NCBI GenBank assembly: GCA_044373325.1
Contig: JBILQJ010000005.1
Location: 656-64,655, forward strand
Length of the DNA stretch: 64,000 bases
Source: Burkholderiales bacterium
GTDB lineage: Bacteria > Pseudomonadota > Gammaproteobacteria > Burkholderiales > JBILQJ01
Reading direction: 5' to 3'
Shown here: one piece after another, positions 31,281-41,378 of the stretch
Position numbering within the stretch: the first letter of the stretch is position 1
Layout of the letters: every line of letters begins with the position of its first letter
The notes under the pieces: model-generated
The model's input: only the letters and a program-made list of their open reading frames with translations
Databases searched by the model: none
Told to the model about the DNA's origin: nothing
Position numbers and translations under genes: made by a program

Positions 31281-32330
31281 ATGCGTCGATTTTATGCCAT
31301 GTTGATGGTTTTACCCTTGTTGTTTGCCTGTAATCAAAAAACAGATGCTGCCCCTGAAGCCACGTCTGCTTCGGTGAACTTAGGCGATGTCAAAAAAAAC
31401 TTTGAACAGGCTTTTGTGGGTAGGGAAGTGTTGTCTGCCCATTTGACACCCGTTGAGGGCGTTTACGAGCTTTTTGTCAAAGCGGACGGGGGATATAATT
31501 TATTGTACAGTAGCGCCAATGCGCGTTATTTGTTGGTGGGTGATATGGTTAACGCCACAACCAAACAAAGCATTAGCGACAGACGCAAAGCCGATTTATT
31601 GGCCTCGGCTGGTGTGGCAAAAGAAGTCGATAAGGTTGTGGTTGAACCTCGTTTGTTGGGGGAAAATGCGGCGTCGATTACAAAAAAATTTCAACAGCAA
31701 TTTGGGGGTTATCCTGTACTGGGCGTTAAAGAAACCCCTTTGAGCGGCATTTATGAATTAACGATAAAAAATAACGGCAGCCCTAGTTTGGTTTATACCG
31801 ATGCTGCTGTGCATTATTTGTTTTTTGCTGAATTGATAGATACGGTGAATCGCACCAATTTGACTCAATTAAGTCGTGAAAAATTGAGCCAGTTTGATTT
31901 TACTAAATTGCCTTTTGAAAAAGCCATTAAAGAGGTAAGAGGCAATGGTAAGCGGCAGTTGGCCGTGTTTTCTGACCCAGATTGTCCTTATTGCAAGCAG
32001 TTAGAACGCGACAGTTTGGCCAAAATGACGGACATCACCATTTACACCTTTTTGATGCCACTTAAAGGTTTGCATCCTGATGCGACCCGTAAATCCATTG
32101 CCATTTGGTGTAGCGCCGACAAAACTGCCGCTTGGACGAATTGGATGAGAAATAACAAAGCGCCGAGTGCCAAAGTTGATTGTGCGAATCCAGTGCAACA
32201 AACGGTGGATTTGGGCGCGGCCATGGGCATACGTGGTACGCCTGCGTTGTTATTTCCTAGCGGACGCATGGAAGCGGGTGCTTTGCCAGTTGAGGCGATA
32301 GAATCTTTATTGAAGCAAGGCAAACAATAA
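31281..32330 (+). CDS. DsbC-family disulfide isomerase lipoprotein with duplicated N-terminal domain
   Basis: LFAC lipobox, FSDPDCPYCK, GTP cis-Pro loop; two TP-x-x-G-x-YEL dimerization-type modules. Confidence 0.85.
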   Translation: MRRFYAMLMVLPLLFACNQKTDAAPEATSASVNLGDVKKNFEQAFVGREVLSAHLTPVEGVYELFVKADGGYNLLYSSANARYLLVGDMVNATTKQSISDRRKADLLASAGVAKEVDKVVVEPRLLGENAASITKKFQQQFGGYPVLGVKETPLSGIYELTIKNNGSPSLVYTDAAVHYLFFAELIDTVNRTNLTQLSREKLSQFDFTKLPFEKAIKEVRGNGKRQLAVFSDPDCPYCKQLERDSLAKMTDITIYTFLMPLKGLHPDATRKSIAIWCSADKTAAWTNWMRNNKAPSAKVDCANPVQQTVDLGAAMGIRGTPALLFPSGRMEAGALPVEAIESLLKQGKQ

Positions 32331-32386
32331 TCAATGCTGTTGTTTTAGTTTGATGCGTTTACTTAATACTGAAAGTTTTATTAAAC

Positions 32387-32434
32387 TTGCGGCCAACCTT
32401 TTTGAAGAAATTTTTCTCAAAAAGGTTGGCCGCA
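32387..32434. terminator. Inverted motif pair between the convergent dsbC-like and hydrolase genes
   Basis: TTGCGGCCAACCTTTTTGA / TCAAAAAGGTTGGCCGCA. Confidence 0.8.
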
Positions 32435-32460
32435 GGCTTGTTTAAGGGCAGCAAAGAGCG

Positions 32461-33084
32461 TTAGCGTAAAGGTGGCAGGCGCGATTGTATGACTTGGCCT
32501 AATTGGATGAGGCGACCATGAAAAAAATGGCTGGTTTCAGGAAAAACCATGACAGGCAAGCCTTGAGGGCGCGCCCAATCCATTACATCCGCTAAAGGAA
32601 TCACTTCGTCTTCTTCGCCATGAATGACTAAGGTCTGCGCAGGAACGTGAGGGGTTGCAATGGGGTATTTCCCTGCAGCCAAACCCAGTAATAAAAGTTG
32701 GTCGATTTCGGTGCGAGTCTGAACATGCGCGGCCACATAAGCCCCAAAAGAAAACCCCGCTAATAAAATCGGCAAAGGGGCTTGCGTTTGGCGTACGTGT
32801 TGCAGGACAGCCAGCACATCTTCAATTTCACCCACGCCAAAGTCGTGCACGCCTGCGCTGTTGCCCACCCCACGCAAGTTGGGGCAATACACTTGATAAC
32901 CCATTAAGGACAAGGCTTTGGCTGTGGTTTGGACAACTTTATTGGTGTTGCTTCCGCCTTGGGTGGGGTTGGGGTGACACATAATCGCCCAGCCTTTAGT
33001 TTGTGGGCGTTTGGATGGATAAACCAAAGTTTCTAATAAGCCGACTGGGCCCATAATGTGTTCTGTTATGGTGGGATTGAGCAT
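32461..33084 (-). CDS. Alpha/beta hydrolase
   Basis: CHPNPTQGG, GFSFG nucleophile elbow, HGEEDE, HFFHG. Confidence 0.9.
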   Translation of the reverse strand: MLNPTITEHIMGPVGLLETLVYPSKRPQTKGWAIMCHPNPTQGGSNTNKVVQTTAKALSLMGYQVYCPNLRGVGNSAGVHDFGVGEIEDVLAVLQHVRQTQAPLPILLAGFSFGAYVAAHVQTRTEIDQLLLLGLAAGKYPIATPHVPAQTLVIHGEEDEVIPLADVMDWARPQGLPVMVFPETSHFFHGRLIQLGQVIQSRLPPLR

Positions 33085-33094
33085 GATGTTAGAC

Positions 33095-33463
33095 TTATAT
33101 GAGGGGCTGTTTTGAAGTTTGATCGTCCAGCAATTGCAGTCTAGTGACGACTTGGCCGTCCATCAAATGAGAGGCAATGATTTCGTCCATGTCGGCTTCG
33201 TTATGAAAGGTATACCAAGTTTCTTGGGTGCTGGCTGTGTTGCCATAAACGACCATCACAGGCCCTAAACCACAGCGATTTAAACAGCTGGATTGATTGA
33301 TGCGCGCGAGATTTTTACCCGCGCCATTTAAGGCTTTTAAGCGTTTTTTTGCATAATTGAACAAAGGCGTTGCGTGATGATTGTTGCAACAGTCAAGGTC
33401 TTGGCGTTGATTGCAGCAAATAAAAGCTTGTTGTGCATAAAAAGACATATTAAACTCACTCAT
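33095..33463 (-). CDS. Thioredoxin-like [2Fe-2S] ferredoxin
   Basis: FICCNQR..CC, SSCLNRCGLGPVMVVY, WY. Confidence 0.88.
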   Translation of the reverse strand: MSEFNMSFYAQQAFICCNQRQDLDCCNNHHATPLFNYAKKRLKALNGAGKNLARINQSSCLNRCGLGPVMVVYGNTASTQETWYTFHNEADMDEIIASHLMDGQVVTRLQLLDDQTSKQPLI

Positions 33464-33577
33464 TTTTTTTTGTGGAAAGTGGGATTATAATCCAGCTTTT
33501 ATGCCTCTGCCTAGAGTAAAATGGCTCGCTTACATCGGCACCTTACTTGAGTTGACTTGTAATTTAGAAAGGGTTTT

Positions 33578-34114
33578 ATGTCTACAAAGGAATACATGAA
33601 TTGGCCAAATTGGTTAGAAGGTTGTGACTTACGCTTGGCGCAGCGTGCTGATTTGTCAAGTATTGTTGATATTTATAATTCAACCATACCTAGCCGCGAA
33701 GTCACAGCGGCTTTAGAGCCAGTCAGTGTGGCCGAACGGGAACCTTGGTTTTTGGCGCATGATGACCGTCACCCCATTTGGGTGTTAAGCAATGCGCACA
33801 ACGATATTTTGGCTTGGGTGTCGATAGAGCCATTTTTTAATGGGCGGGCGGCGTATGCGGCCACGGCAGAAGTCAGTATTTATTTGGCGGCCAATCAGCG
33901 CGGCCAAGGCTTGGGCAAAAAATTGTTGCAACACGTGTTGTTGGTTTGCCCTCCTTTGGGTATCACGCGCCTGATGGCGGCCATTTTTGCTCACAATCAA
34001 GCCAGCATGGCCTTGTTTCAAAAAGCAGGTTTTGAAACGTGGGGTATTTGCCCCGATGTCGGCTTATTAGATGGGCGTGCGGCCAGCCTTGCTTTGTTGG
34101 GTAAGGTGATTTAA
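33578..34114 (+). CDS. GNAT N-acetyltransferase (YncA/Pat-like)
   Basis: DIYN, AEVSIYL, RGQGLGK, HNQAS. Confidence 0.88.
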   Translation: MSTKEYMNWPNWLEGCDLRLAQRADLSSIVDIYNSTIPSREVTAALEPVSVAEREPWFLAHDDRHPIWVLSNAHNDILAWVSIEPFFNGRAAYAATAEVSIYLAANQRGQGLGKKLLQHVLLVCPPLGITRLMAAIFAHNQASMALFQKAGFETWGICPDVGLLDGRAASLALLGKVI

Positions 34115-34144
34115 GGCTTTTTTATTCACTTGAAGGGGATTGTG

Positions 34145-34759
34145 ATGCGAAAGCAGGGCAGAATATCCAGTTGGGACGATGATAGAGGTTTTGGTTTTGT
34201 TTCTCATGAAAGCGACGGACGAATTTTTGTACACATCCATGCTTTTGAAAAAGGTCAGGGCTATCGCCGCCCAATTAATGGCGATTTAATTAGTTATGTG
34301 CTTTTACGCGATGATAAAAATCGTATTCAAGCGAGACAAGTTAAGTTCATTGAACGCCGTCAATTTGTTTCAAAAAAACCTGAACTTAAATCTGATTCAA
34401 TGAATTGGACGGAATGCGTTGTTCTTTGTTGTGTTTTTATTTACTTGATGATGAGGTTACCCCAGTTGATTGTGATGATTTATGGTGTGATGAGTCTTTT
34501 GACATTTATTGCTTACGCATTGGATAAATCCGCCGCTCAATCGGGGCAGTGGCGCACGAAAGAAGATACGTTACATTCGTTGGCAATTTTAGGAGGCTGG
34601 CCTGGCGCTTACTTGGCTCAAAAATATTTGAGACATAAGTCACAGAAAAAGTCTTTTTTGGCAGAGTTTTGGACGACTGTTGTTGTTAATTGTGTATTGG
34701 CTTTGTTGTATTTGAATATGGATACTATAACAATTATTTTTAAGTTTTTTAAACCGTAA
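34145..34759 (+). CDS. Cold-shock domain plus DUF1294 membrane protein
   Basis: WDDDRGFGF, FVHI; DKSAA..GQWRTKE, GGWPGA, RHKSQK. Confidence 0.88.
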   Translation: MRKQGRISSWDDDRGFGFVSHESDGRIFVHIHAFEKGQGYRRPINGDLISYVLLRDDKNRIQARQVKFIERRQFVSKKPELKSDSMNWTECVVLCCVFIYLMMRLPQLIVMIYGVMSLLTFIAYALDKSAAQSGQWRTKEDTLHSLAILGGWPGAYLAQKYLRHKSQKKSFLAEFWTTVVVNCVLALLYLNMDTITIIFKFFKP

Positions 34760-34770
34760 AAGGAAAAGAA

Positions 34771-35688
34771 ATGAAGTGGATGCCAGTTTGTATGGTTAGT
34801 GCCTTATGTTTGGGTTTATTGGGTTGTCCGACTAATACGCCTTTGCCCGTGAAAACACCACCAGTGACCCCAAAACCTGTAGCGCAAGCCAAACCTTTGC
34901 GCATCGGTTTGGCTTTGGGCGGGGGTGCGGCCAAAGGATTTTCGCACATCGGCGTGATTAAAATGTTGGCCGCACAAGGCATTAAAGTGGATATGGTTGC
35001 TGGCACCAGCGCTGGCGCGGTGGTTGGTGCGATTTATGCAGGTACGGGCGATGCGTATCAGTTGCAAAAAATTGCCATGAGTTTGGATAAAAGTGAATTG
35101 TCGGATTGGAAAGTGCCTTTTTCAGGTAATGGGGGCGTGTTAAAAGGTGAAAAGCTACAAAACTTTATCAATCAAAAAGTTGGCAATCGAACACTGCAAA
35201 ATTTAAAAATCCCTTTTGCGGCGGTTGCAACCAACTTGGCCACGGGTGAACGTATCGTTTTTCGTAGCGGCAATACGGGGCTTGCCGTAAGGGCTTCGGC
35301 CGCGATACCGAATGTTTTTGAGCCTGTCGTCATCGGTAAACAAACTTACGTTGATGGCGGTTTGTCTAGTCCCGTGCCTGTTTCGGCATTAAAAGAAATG
35401 GGCGCTAATTTTGTGATTGCGGTGGACATTTCAGCCAAACCGACCGCAGAAAAAAGCAGTGGATTTTTTGCAGTCTTTGATCAAACTTTTAACATCATGA
35501 GTTTGTCGGCCTTAAAACAAGAATTGGCGCAAGCCGATGTGGTGATACGTCCCAATGTCTTAAGCCACAGTTCAACCGATTTTGATGACAGAGAAAAATC
35601 CATTTTAGAAGGAGAGCAAATTACCCAATCGCAAATGGTTGCCATTAAAAAAGCCATTGCCGCCAAACAAGCGATGTTGTCCCGTTAA
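34771..35688 (+). CDS. Patatin-like phospholipase lipoprotein
   Basis: LLGC lipobox, GGGAAKG, GTSAG, DGG. Confidence 0.9.
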   Translation: MKWMPVCMVSALCLGLLGCPTNTPLPVKTPPVTPKPVAQAKPLRIGLALGGGAAKGFSHIGVIKMLAAQGIKVDMVAGTSAGAVVGAIYAGTGDAYQLQKIAMSLDKSELSDWKVPFSGNGGVLKGEKLQNFINQKVGNRTLQNLKIPFAAVATNLATGERIVFRSGNTGLAVRASAAIPNVFEPVVIGKQTYVDGGLSSPVPVSALKEMGANFVIAVDISAKPTAEKSSGFFAVFDQTFNIMSLSALKQELAQADVVIRPNVLSHSSTDFDDREKSILEGEQITQSQMVAIKKAIAAKQAMLSR

Positions 35689-35691
35689 GGT

Positions 35692-35738
35692 TTGCGGCCA
35701 ACCTTTTCCCAGTTTTGGGGTTAAAAGGTTGGCCGCAA
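35692..35738. terminator. Inverted motif pair between the convergent patatin gene and trmJ
   Basis: TTGCGGCCAACCTTTT / AAAAGGTTGGCCGCAA. Confidence 0.8.
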
Positions 35739-35754
35739 GTGTTTTGCAAGACGA

Positions 35755-36504
35755 TTACACGTCCTTGCCTGTTTTTCTTTGAACTTGCTTTAAAAATCCA
35801 CGCAAAATATCGATTTCTTCGCGTTGTAAAATGGTGCGATTAAACAGCGTTTTGATGCGGCGCATGATGCGCTCGCCATTTCTTTTGTCGTAATAGCCAA
35901 GATGAGCTAATGTTTCATCAAAATGTTGATAAAACCCTTCGGTTTCTAGCCGTGTGGCATTGTCAGGCAAGGTTTGTAAATGCGCGACACCAACCTCGAG
36001 ATGGCTAAATAATTCATACGTCACAATTTGTACGGCCATAGCTAAGTTCAGCGAAAAGTAATCAGGATTACCTGAAATGGTCATTAAATGACTGCATTCT
36101 GCGACTTCTTCTACCGATAAACCAAAGGTTTCATTGCCAAAAACCAAGGCGATTTTCTCACCACCAGCTGCACGTGACAGCAGTTCGGGCGCTAAAGTTC
36201 TTGGCGTTTGTATGGGCGTGGTGAGCTCTCGGCGGCGACTGGTGAGCGCGCAAGCAATGTGAACATCCGCTAAAGCGGCTTTCAGGGTATCGACAAAAAT
36301 GGCTTGATTCAACACATCAATCGCGCCAGAAGCCAGCGCACGCCCTTGGTCATCGATAGGATTTTGGGGAGCAACGACGTAAAGTTGCGTCAGTCCCATG
36401 GTTTTCATGGCTCGCGCTGCCGAACCCACATTACCTGCATGAGAAGGGCGCGTTAGTATCACGCGGATATTGTTTAAAAAAGAGGGGAGTTCGGGTTTAT
36501 TCAT
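35755..36504 (-). CDS. trmJ: tRNA 2'-O-methyltransferase TrmJ (SPOUT)
   Basis: GNVGSAARAMKTMG, VFGNE, SLNLAMAVQ; divergent from suhB. Confidence 0.9.
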   Translation of the reverse strand: MNKPELPSFLNNIRVILTRPSHAGNVGSAARAMKTMGLTQLYVVAPQNPIDDQGRALASGAIDVLNQAIFVDTLKAALADVHIACALTSRRRELTTPIQTPRTLAPELLSRAAGGEKIALVFGNETFGLSVEEVAECSHLMTISGNPDYFSLNLAMAVQIVTYELFSHLEVGVAHLQTLPDNATRLETEGFYQHFDETLAHLGYYDKRNGERIMRRIKTLFNRTILQREEIDILRGFLKQVQRKTGKDV

Positions 36505-36623
36505 AAGAGGATTTCGCGTATAATTGGGGGTTCTTTAAATACTGGCTAAAAATTTTTGGCGAGTATTTTGTTCTTTTACAGTTCAATTTTGACTCATACG
36601 TCATATTAAAAAAAGGTTATTTC

Positions 36624-37427
36624 ATGGCTCTTCATCCTATGCTCAACACCGCAATTAAAGCAGCAAGACGTGCAGCGGGCAGTATTGCTCGCACGGCTCG
36701 CGATTTAGACAAAATGTCGGTTGAAAAAAAATCTCAAAACGACTTTGTGACTGAGGCCGATAAAGCGGCGGAAGAAAGCTTGATAGAGTCTTTGTTAGGC
36801 GCTTACCCAGACCACAGCATTTTAACAGAAGAACAAGGTTGGGTTGGCGATAAAAATGCCGAATTTACGTGGATTATCGATCCGATAGATGGCACAACCA
36901 ATTTTATGCATGGTCATCCTCAATATGCCATTTCGATAGGTTTATTGCATAAAGGGGCAATACAGCAAGCGGTGGTTTATGCGCCTGCTGTCAATGATAT
37001 GTTTATTGCTAGCCGTGGCGTTGGTGCTTTTTTAAACGAACGTCGCATCCGTGTATCACGTCGTTTTAATATGAATGAATGCCTCATCGGCACAGGGTTT
37101 CCTGTGGTCGATCAGTCAAAATTAGACGATTACTTGGCCAGTCTAAAAACAGTCATTACCAAAACGGCAGGCGTGCGTCGTGAAGGGGCGGCTTCTTTGG
37201 ATTTATGTAACGTGGCGGCTGGTCGTACAGATGGTTTTTGGGAAATGAACTTAAAACAGTGGGATTATGCTGCGGGCTCTTTGATTCTTCAAGAAGCGGG
37301 TGGCATTGTGACTGATTTTTCGGGCAACGATGGCTGGTGGGAAAGCGGTGATATTGTTGCTGGCAATCCACGCGTTTTAGCCCAATTATTACAAATGGTT
37401 GGTGAACAAAAAGCAATGATGATTTAA
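36624..37427 (+). CDS. suhB: Inositol monophosphatase SuhB
   Basis: DFVTEAD, WIIDPIDGTTNF, WDYAAG. Confidence 0.95.
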   Translation: MALHPMLNTAIKAARRAAGSIARTARDLDKMSVEKKSQNDFVTEADKAAEESLIESLLGAYPDHSILTEEQGWVGDKNAEFTWIIDPIDGTTNFMHGHPQYAISIGLLHKGAIQQAVVYAPAVNDMFIASRGVGAFLNERRIRVSRRFNMNECLIGTGFPVVDQSKLDDYLASLKTVITKTAGVRREGAASLDLCNVAAGRTDGFWEMNLKQWDYAAGSLILQEAGGIVTDFSGNDGWWESGDIVAGNPRVLAQLLQMVGEQKAMMI

Positions 37428-37595
37428 GTTGTACTTTTGCAAGCGGCTAGGCGTGACCCTCTTTTGATTTGGTGAGTTTATCTAAAAAAGAGTCAACGGT
37501 TGGTCGCTGTTTATGTTTTATGTTATCTGTTCAAAATTTTAGTTTTTGGGAAACTCCGTTCCCGTCGTATAAAAACACTCAAAAGGAAAAAATAA

Positions 37596-39263
37596 ATGGC
37601 TCAATATGTCATGTCCATGCTCAAAGTGAGCAAAATGGTGCCGCCAAAACGTCAAATTATCAAAGACATTTCATTGTCTTTTTTTCCAGGCGCTAAAATT
37701 GGTTTGTTGGGTTTAAATGGTTCAGGCAAATCGACTGTGATGAAAATCATGGCGGGGGTTGATAAAGAATTTGATGGCGAAGTGCAACGCTTGGCTGGCA
37801 TTTCGATCGGTTATTTAGAGCAAGAGCCGCATTTGGATAACACAAAAACTGTGCGCGAAGAGGTGGAGTCTGCTTTTGGCGAAATCATTGCCGCTCAAGG
37901 TAAACTTGAAGCTGTTTATATGGCTTATGCTGATGAAAATGCTGATTTTGATGCTTTGGCCGAAGAACAAGCTCGATTAGAGGCTATTATTTCGGCAGGT
38001 TCTGGCGACAACATAGAACAACAACTCGAAATGGCCGCTGATGCGTTGCGCCTGCCACCTTGGGATGCGGTGATTGGTTTACTGTCTGGTGGTGAAAAAC
38101 GTCGCGTGGCTTTGTGTAAGCTCCTTTTGTCTCGTCCCGATATGTTGTTATTGGACGAACCGACCAACCATTTGGATGCAGAGTCCGTGGATTGGTTGGA
38201 GCAATTTTTGGTACGCTTCCCTGGTACTGTGGTCGCTATTACGCACGACCGTTACTTTTTAGACAATGCTGCTGAGTGGATTTTGGAGTTAGACCGCGGC
38301 ATTGGCATTCCTTATAAAGGCAATTATTCTTGTTGGTTAGAGCAAAAACAAGAGCGTTTGTTATTGGAAAGCAACAAAGAAGATTCGCGTCAAAAAGCCA
38401 TGAAACAAGAGCTAGAATGGGTTCGTAAAAATCCTAAAGGGCGACAAAGTAAATCGAAAGCCCGTATTGCGCGTTTTGAGGAATTGAGTTCTTATGAATA
38501 TCAAACGCGGAATGAAACACAAGAAATTTTCATCCCTGTCGGCGAACGCTTAGGGACGAAAGTTTTGGAGTTTAAAAATGTCAGTAAAGGCTTTGGTGAT
38601 CGATTGTTGATTGATGATTTGAGTTTTGATGTGCCTGCTGGGGCAATTGTGGGAATTATTGGCCCCAATGGTGCGGGTAAATCTACCCTATTTAAAATGA
38701 TTGCAGGCATAGAACAACCCGACAGCGGTAACATTGAAGTTGGACAAACGGTGCAAATGTCCTTTGTCGAGCAAACTCGCGAAGGTTTGGACAGCACAAA
38801 AACAGTTTGGGAAGATTTGTCTGATGGGCGTGAAATTTTGACGGTGGGGCGCTTCGAAATGTCCAGCCGCGCTTATTTGGGGCGCTTTAACTTTAAAGGC
38901 TCAGATCAACAGAAACAGGTTGGTATGTTGTCAGGCGGTGAAAGAGGGCGTTTGCATTTAGCCAAAACGCTGTTGCAAGGCGGTAATGTGTTGTTTTTAG
39001 ATGAACCTTCAAACGATTTGGATGTGGAAACTTTGCGTTCGTTAGAAGATGCTTTGTTAGAATTTGCGGGCAGTATTTTTGTGATTTCGCATGATCGTTG
39101 GTTTTTGGATCGCATTGCGACCCATATTTTGGCGTGCGAAGGCGATTCGCATTGGCATTTCTTTGATGGGAACTATCAAGAGTATGAAGCCGACAAACGT
39201 GCCCGTTTAGGGGAAGAAGGTGCAAAACCCAAACGAGTTCGTTTTAAAGCGGTCACACGTTAA
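37596..39263 (+). CDS. ettA: ABC-F translational throttle protein
   Basis: ISLSFFPGAKIG; two ABC domains; ELEWVRKNPKGRQSKSKAR. Confidence 0.96.
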   Translation: MAQYVMSMLKVSKMVPPKRQIIKDISLSFFPGAKIGLLGLNGSGKSTVMKIMAGVDKEFDGEVQRLAGISIGYLEQEPHLDNTKTVREEVESAFGEIIAAQGKLEAVYMAYADENADFDALAEEQARLEAIISAGSGDNIEQQLEMAADALRLPPWDAVIGLLSGGEKRRVALCKLLLSRPDMLLLDEPTNHLDAESVDWLEQFLVRFPGTVVAITHDRYFLDNAAEWILELDRGIGIPYKGNYSCWLEQKQERLLLESNKEDSRQKAMKQELEWVRKNPKGRQSKSKARIARFEELSSYEYQTRNETQEIFIPVGERLGTKVLEFKNVSKGFGDRLLIDDLSFDVPAGAIVGIIGPNGAGKSTLFKMIAGIEQPDSGNIEVGQTVQMSFVEQTREGLDSTKTVWEDLSDGREILTVGRFEMSSRAYLGRFNFKGSDQQKQVGMLSGGERGRLHLAKTLLQGGNVLFLDEPSNDLDVETLRSLEDALLEFAGSIFVISHDRWFLDRIATHILACEGDSHWHFFDGNYQEYEADKRARLGEEGAKPKRVRFKAVTR

Positions 39264-39284
39264 TGACTGGACAAAAGTTATTTG

Positions 39285-39345
39285 AGTAAAAAATATTGCG
39301 GCCAACCTTTTAATCATAAAAAAGTTGGCCGCAATATTTTTTACT
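39285..39345. terminator. Inverted motif pair between convergent ettA and nagE
   Basis: AGTAAAAAATATTGCGGCCAAC / GTTGGCCGCAATATTTTTTACT. Confidence 0.82.
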
Positions 39346-39389
39346 TTTGTTACTCCTATTTGAAGTGACAGAATAGGGGGAGTAAAGTC

Positions 39390-41168
39390 TTAAGGCTGGA
39401 TGGCTGTTGCATACGATTGGGAATCTTGTCCCAACAAAATCTGTATCGTATCATCGCCAGTTGCCACAACCGCCGTTGCCCCTAAACCTAACAATTGAGC
39501 ATCTTGAACCAACGCTTTGTTTTTTAAGACCACTAGCAAGCGAGTACCAGCCGAAGATTTAACGCTGACAATGTTAGCGCTGCCACCCAAAGCGGTTTGC
39601 CATGCTTGTGCGTTCACGTTGGCATTGCTAACTTCCGCTGTTGGTTTGGCACTGACTGCGGCTTCGTTGCTGACATTGACTTTATTTGTCCCACTTAAAC
39701 GGAACAACTCTTGCATATTGCTGGCTATGCTGTCTGCCGTTAATCCAACGATGACTTGTACATTTTTGGCATCCATCACCATGACACCAGCAGCCCCCAA
39801 TGCTTGGGCTTTGCTTTTATTGACTTTGCTGGTGTCTTTTAAGATTAAGCGCAAGCGAGTTGTGCAGGCATCAATTTCGGTGATGTTACTAAAACCACCA
39901 ACCGCCTCAATGTAGCTTTGAGCCAAAAGATTCGTGTCATTTGTGACGGGTTTGATGTTCTCTTCACTTTCATCTTGGGCAGGATTTTCATCTCGACCTG
40001 GCGTTTTTAAATTAAGTTTTAAAATCGTGAAGCGGAAAATGAAGTAGTAAAGAGCAAAGAAAATCAAACCTTGCACGATCAACATAGGTAACTTAGTCGC
40101 GAGCGGATTTTGAGAAGATAAGACCAAATCCACCAGTCCCGCTGAGAAACCAAAACCTGCCATCCATTGCATTTGCGCCGCAATAAAGACAGAAATGCCC
40201 GTCAAAACCGCATGGATAAAGTACAACACAGGCGCAACAAACATGAAAGCAAACTCAAGGGGTTCGGTGACTCCAGTGAAAAAAGAAGCAAAAGCAGCTG
40301 CAATCATCAAAGAACCAATTTTGGCGCGTTGAGCTGGGAGCGCGGTGTGGTAAATGGCCAAAGCCGCGCCAGGTAAACCAAACATCATAATTGGGAAATA
40401 ACCTGCTTGATAGCGTCCTGTTTCACCCAAAACGGCTTTGCCAGCATCAATAGAAGCTTGACCACCCATAAAGTTAGGTAAGTCATTGATACCAGCCACA
40501 TCAAACCAAAAGACGCTGTTTAACGCGTGGTGTAATCCAATAGGAATCAATAAACGATTTAAAAATCCATAAATACCAGCGCCGATAGCACCCAATTTAC
40601 TAATACCTTCACCAAAGCTGACCAAAGCATTAAAAATGAAAGGCCAAATAAAATAAAGAATGAGTGAGACAAATATCATCGCGACAGAAACAACGATAGG
40701 CACTAATCGACGACCACTAAAGAAAGCCAGTGCGCTATGTAAATTGACTTTGCTGTAATAATTGTACAATTCAGCCGTAATTACACCAATTAAAATACCA
40801 ACAAATTGATTTTTGATTTTGCCAAAAGCAGGGGCAACTTCCTCAACTTTAACGCCTTTTAACATTGCTATGGTGTCTGGGGACAATAAAGTGGTTAAAA
40901 CCAGCCAACCAACCAAACCAGACAAAGCGGCTGAACCGTCTTTATCTTTAGACATCCCATAAGCGACGCCAACAGCAAACAGCAAAGCCATGTTATCTAT
41001 GATGGCCGCACCAGCCTTGATTAAAAAGCCAGCCGTTGGGCTGCCACCGCCCCAACCCTGCGGATCTATCCAATAACCAATCCCCATTAATATGGCGGCT
41101 GCGGGTAAGGTGGCGACTGGCACCATCAATGCCCGACCAATTTTTTGTAGATATCCTAAAATACTCAT
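39390..41168 (-). CDS. nagE: PTS N-acetylglucosamine EIICB with a second, degenerate EIIB domain
   Basis: LQKIGRALMVPVA, GLHH, TGVTEPLEF, DACTTRLRL; second module GGSANI...SAGTRL. Confidence 0.92.
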   Translation of the reverse strand: MSILGYLQKIGRALMVPVATLPAAAILMGIGYWIDPQGWGGGSPTAGFLIKAGAAIIDNMALLFAVGVAYGMSKDKDGSAALSGLVGWLVLTTLLSPDTIAMLKGVKVEEVAPAFGKIKNQFVGILIGVITAELYNYYSKVNLHSALAFFSGRRLVPIVVSVAMIFVSLILYFIWPFIFNALVSFGEGISKLGAIGAGIYGFLNRLLIPIGLHHALNSVFWFDVAGINDLPNFMGGQASIDAGKAVLGETGRYQAGYFPIMMFGLPGAALAIYHTALPAQRAKIGSLMIAAAFASFFTGVTEPLEFAFMFVAPVLYFIHAVLTGISVFIAAQMQWMAGFGFSAGLVDLVLSSQNPLATKLPMLIVQGLIFFALYYFIFRFTILKLNLKTPGRDENPAQDESEENIKPVTNDTNLLAQSYIEAVGGFSNITEIDACTTRLRLILKDTSKVNKSKAQALGAAGVMVMDAKNVQVIVGLTADSIASNMQELFRLSGTNKVNVSNEAAVSAKPTAEVSNANVNAQAWQTALGGSANIVSVKSSAGTRLLVVLKNKALVQDAQLLGLGATAVVATGDDTIQILLGQDSQSYATAIQP

Positions 41169-41322
41169 TGTCAACATCCTTTTTAAATTGAGAATATTTA
41201 ATAAAATCATCATGCTATTGATTTTATTAAATATTCTTTATTGTAGAAAAATAAATATATTTTAGTGACTTTTTATAACTAAAGTCATTCATTTTTTAGA
41301 ATTGTGTACTCTAAAACCAAAC

Positions 41323-41378
41323 AATACCACATCAATTTAAAAATGTATATTCATTGCTAATTGATGTGGTATTTTTTT
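41323..41378. terminator. Hairpin downstream of the PTS multidomain gene
   Basis: AATACCACATCAATT / AATTGATGTGGTATT. Confidence 0.55.
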
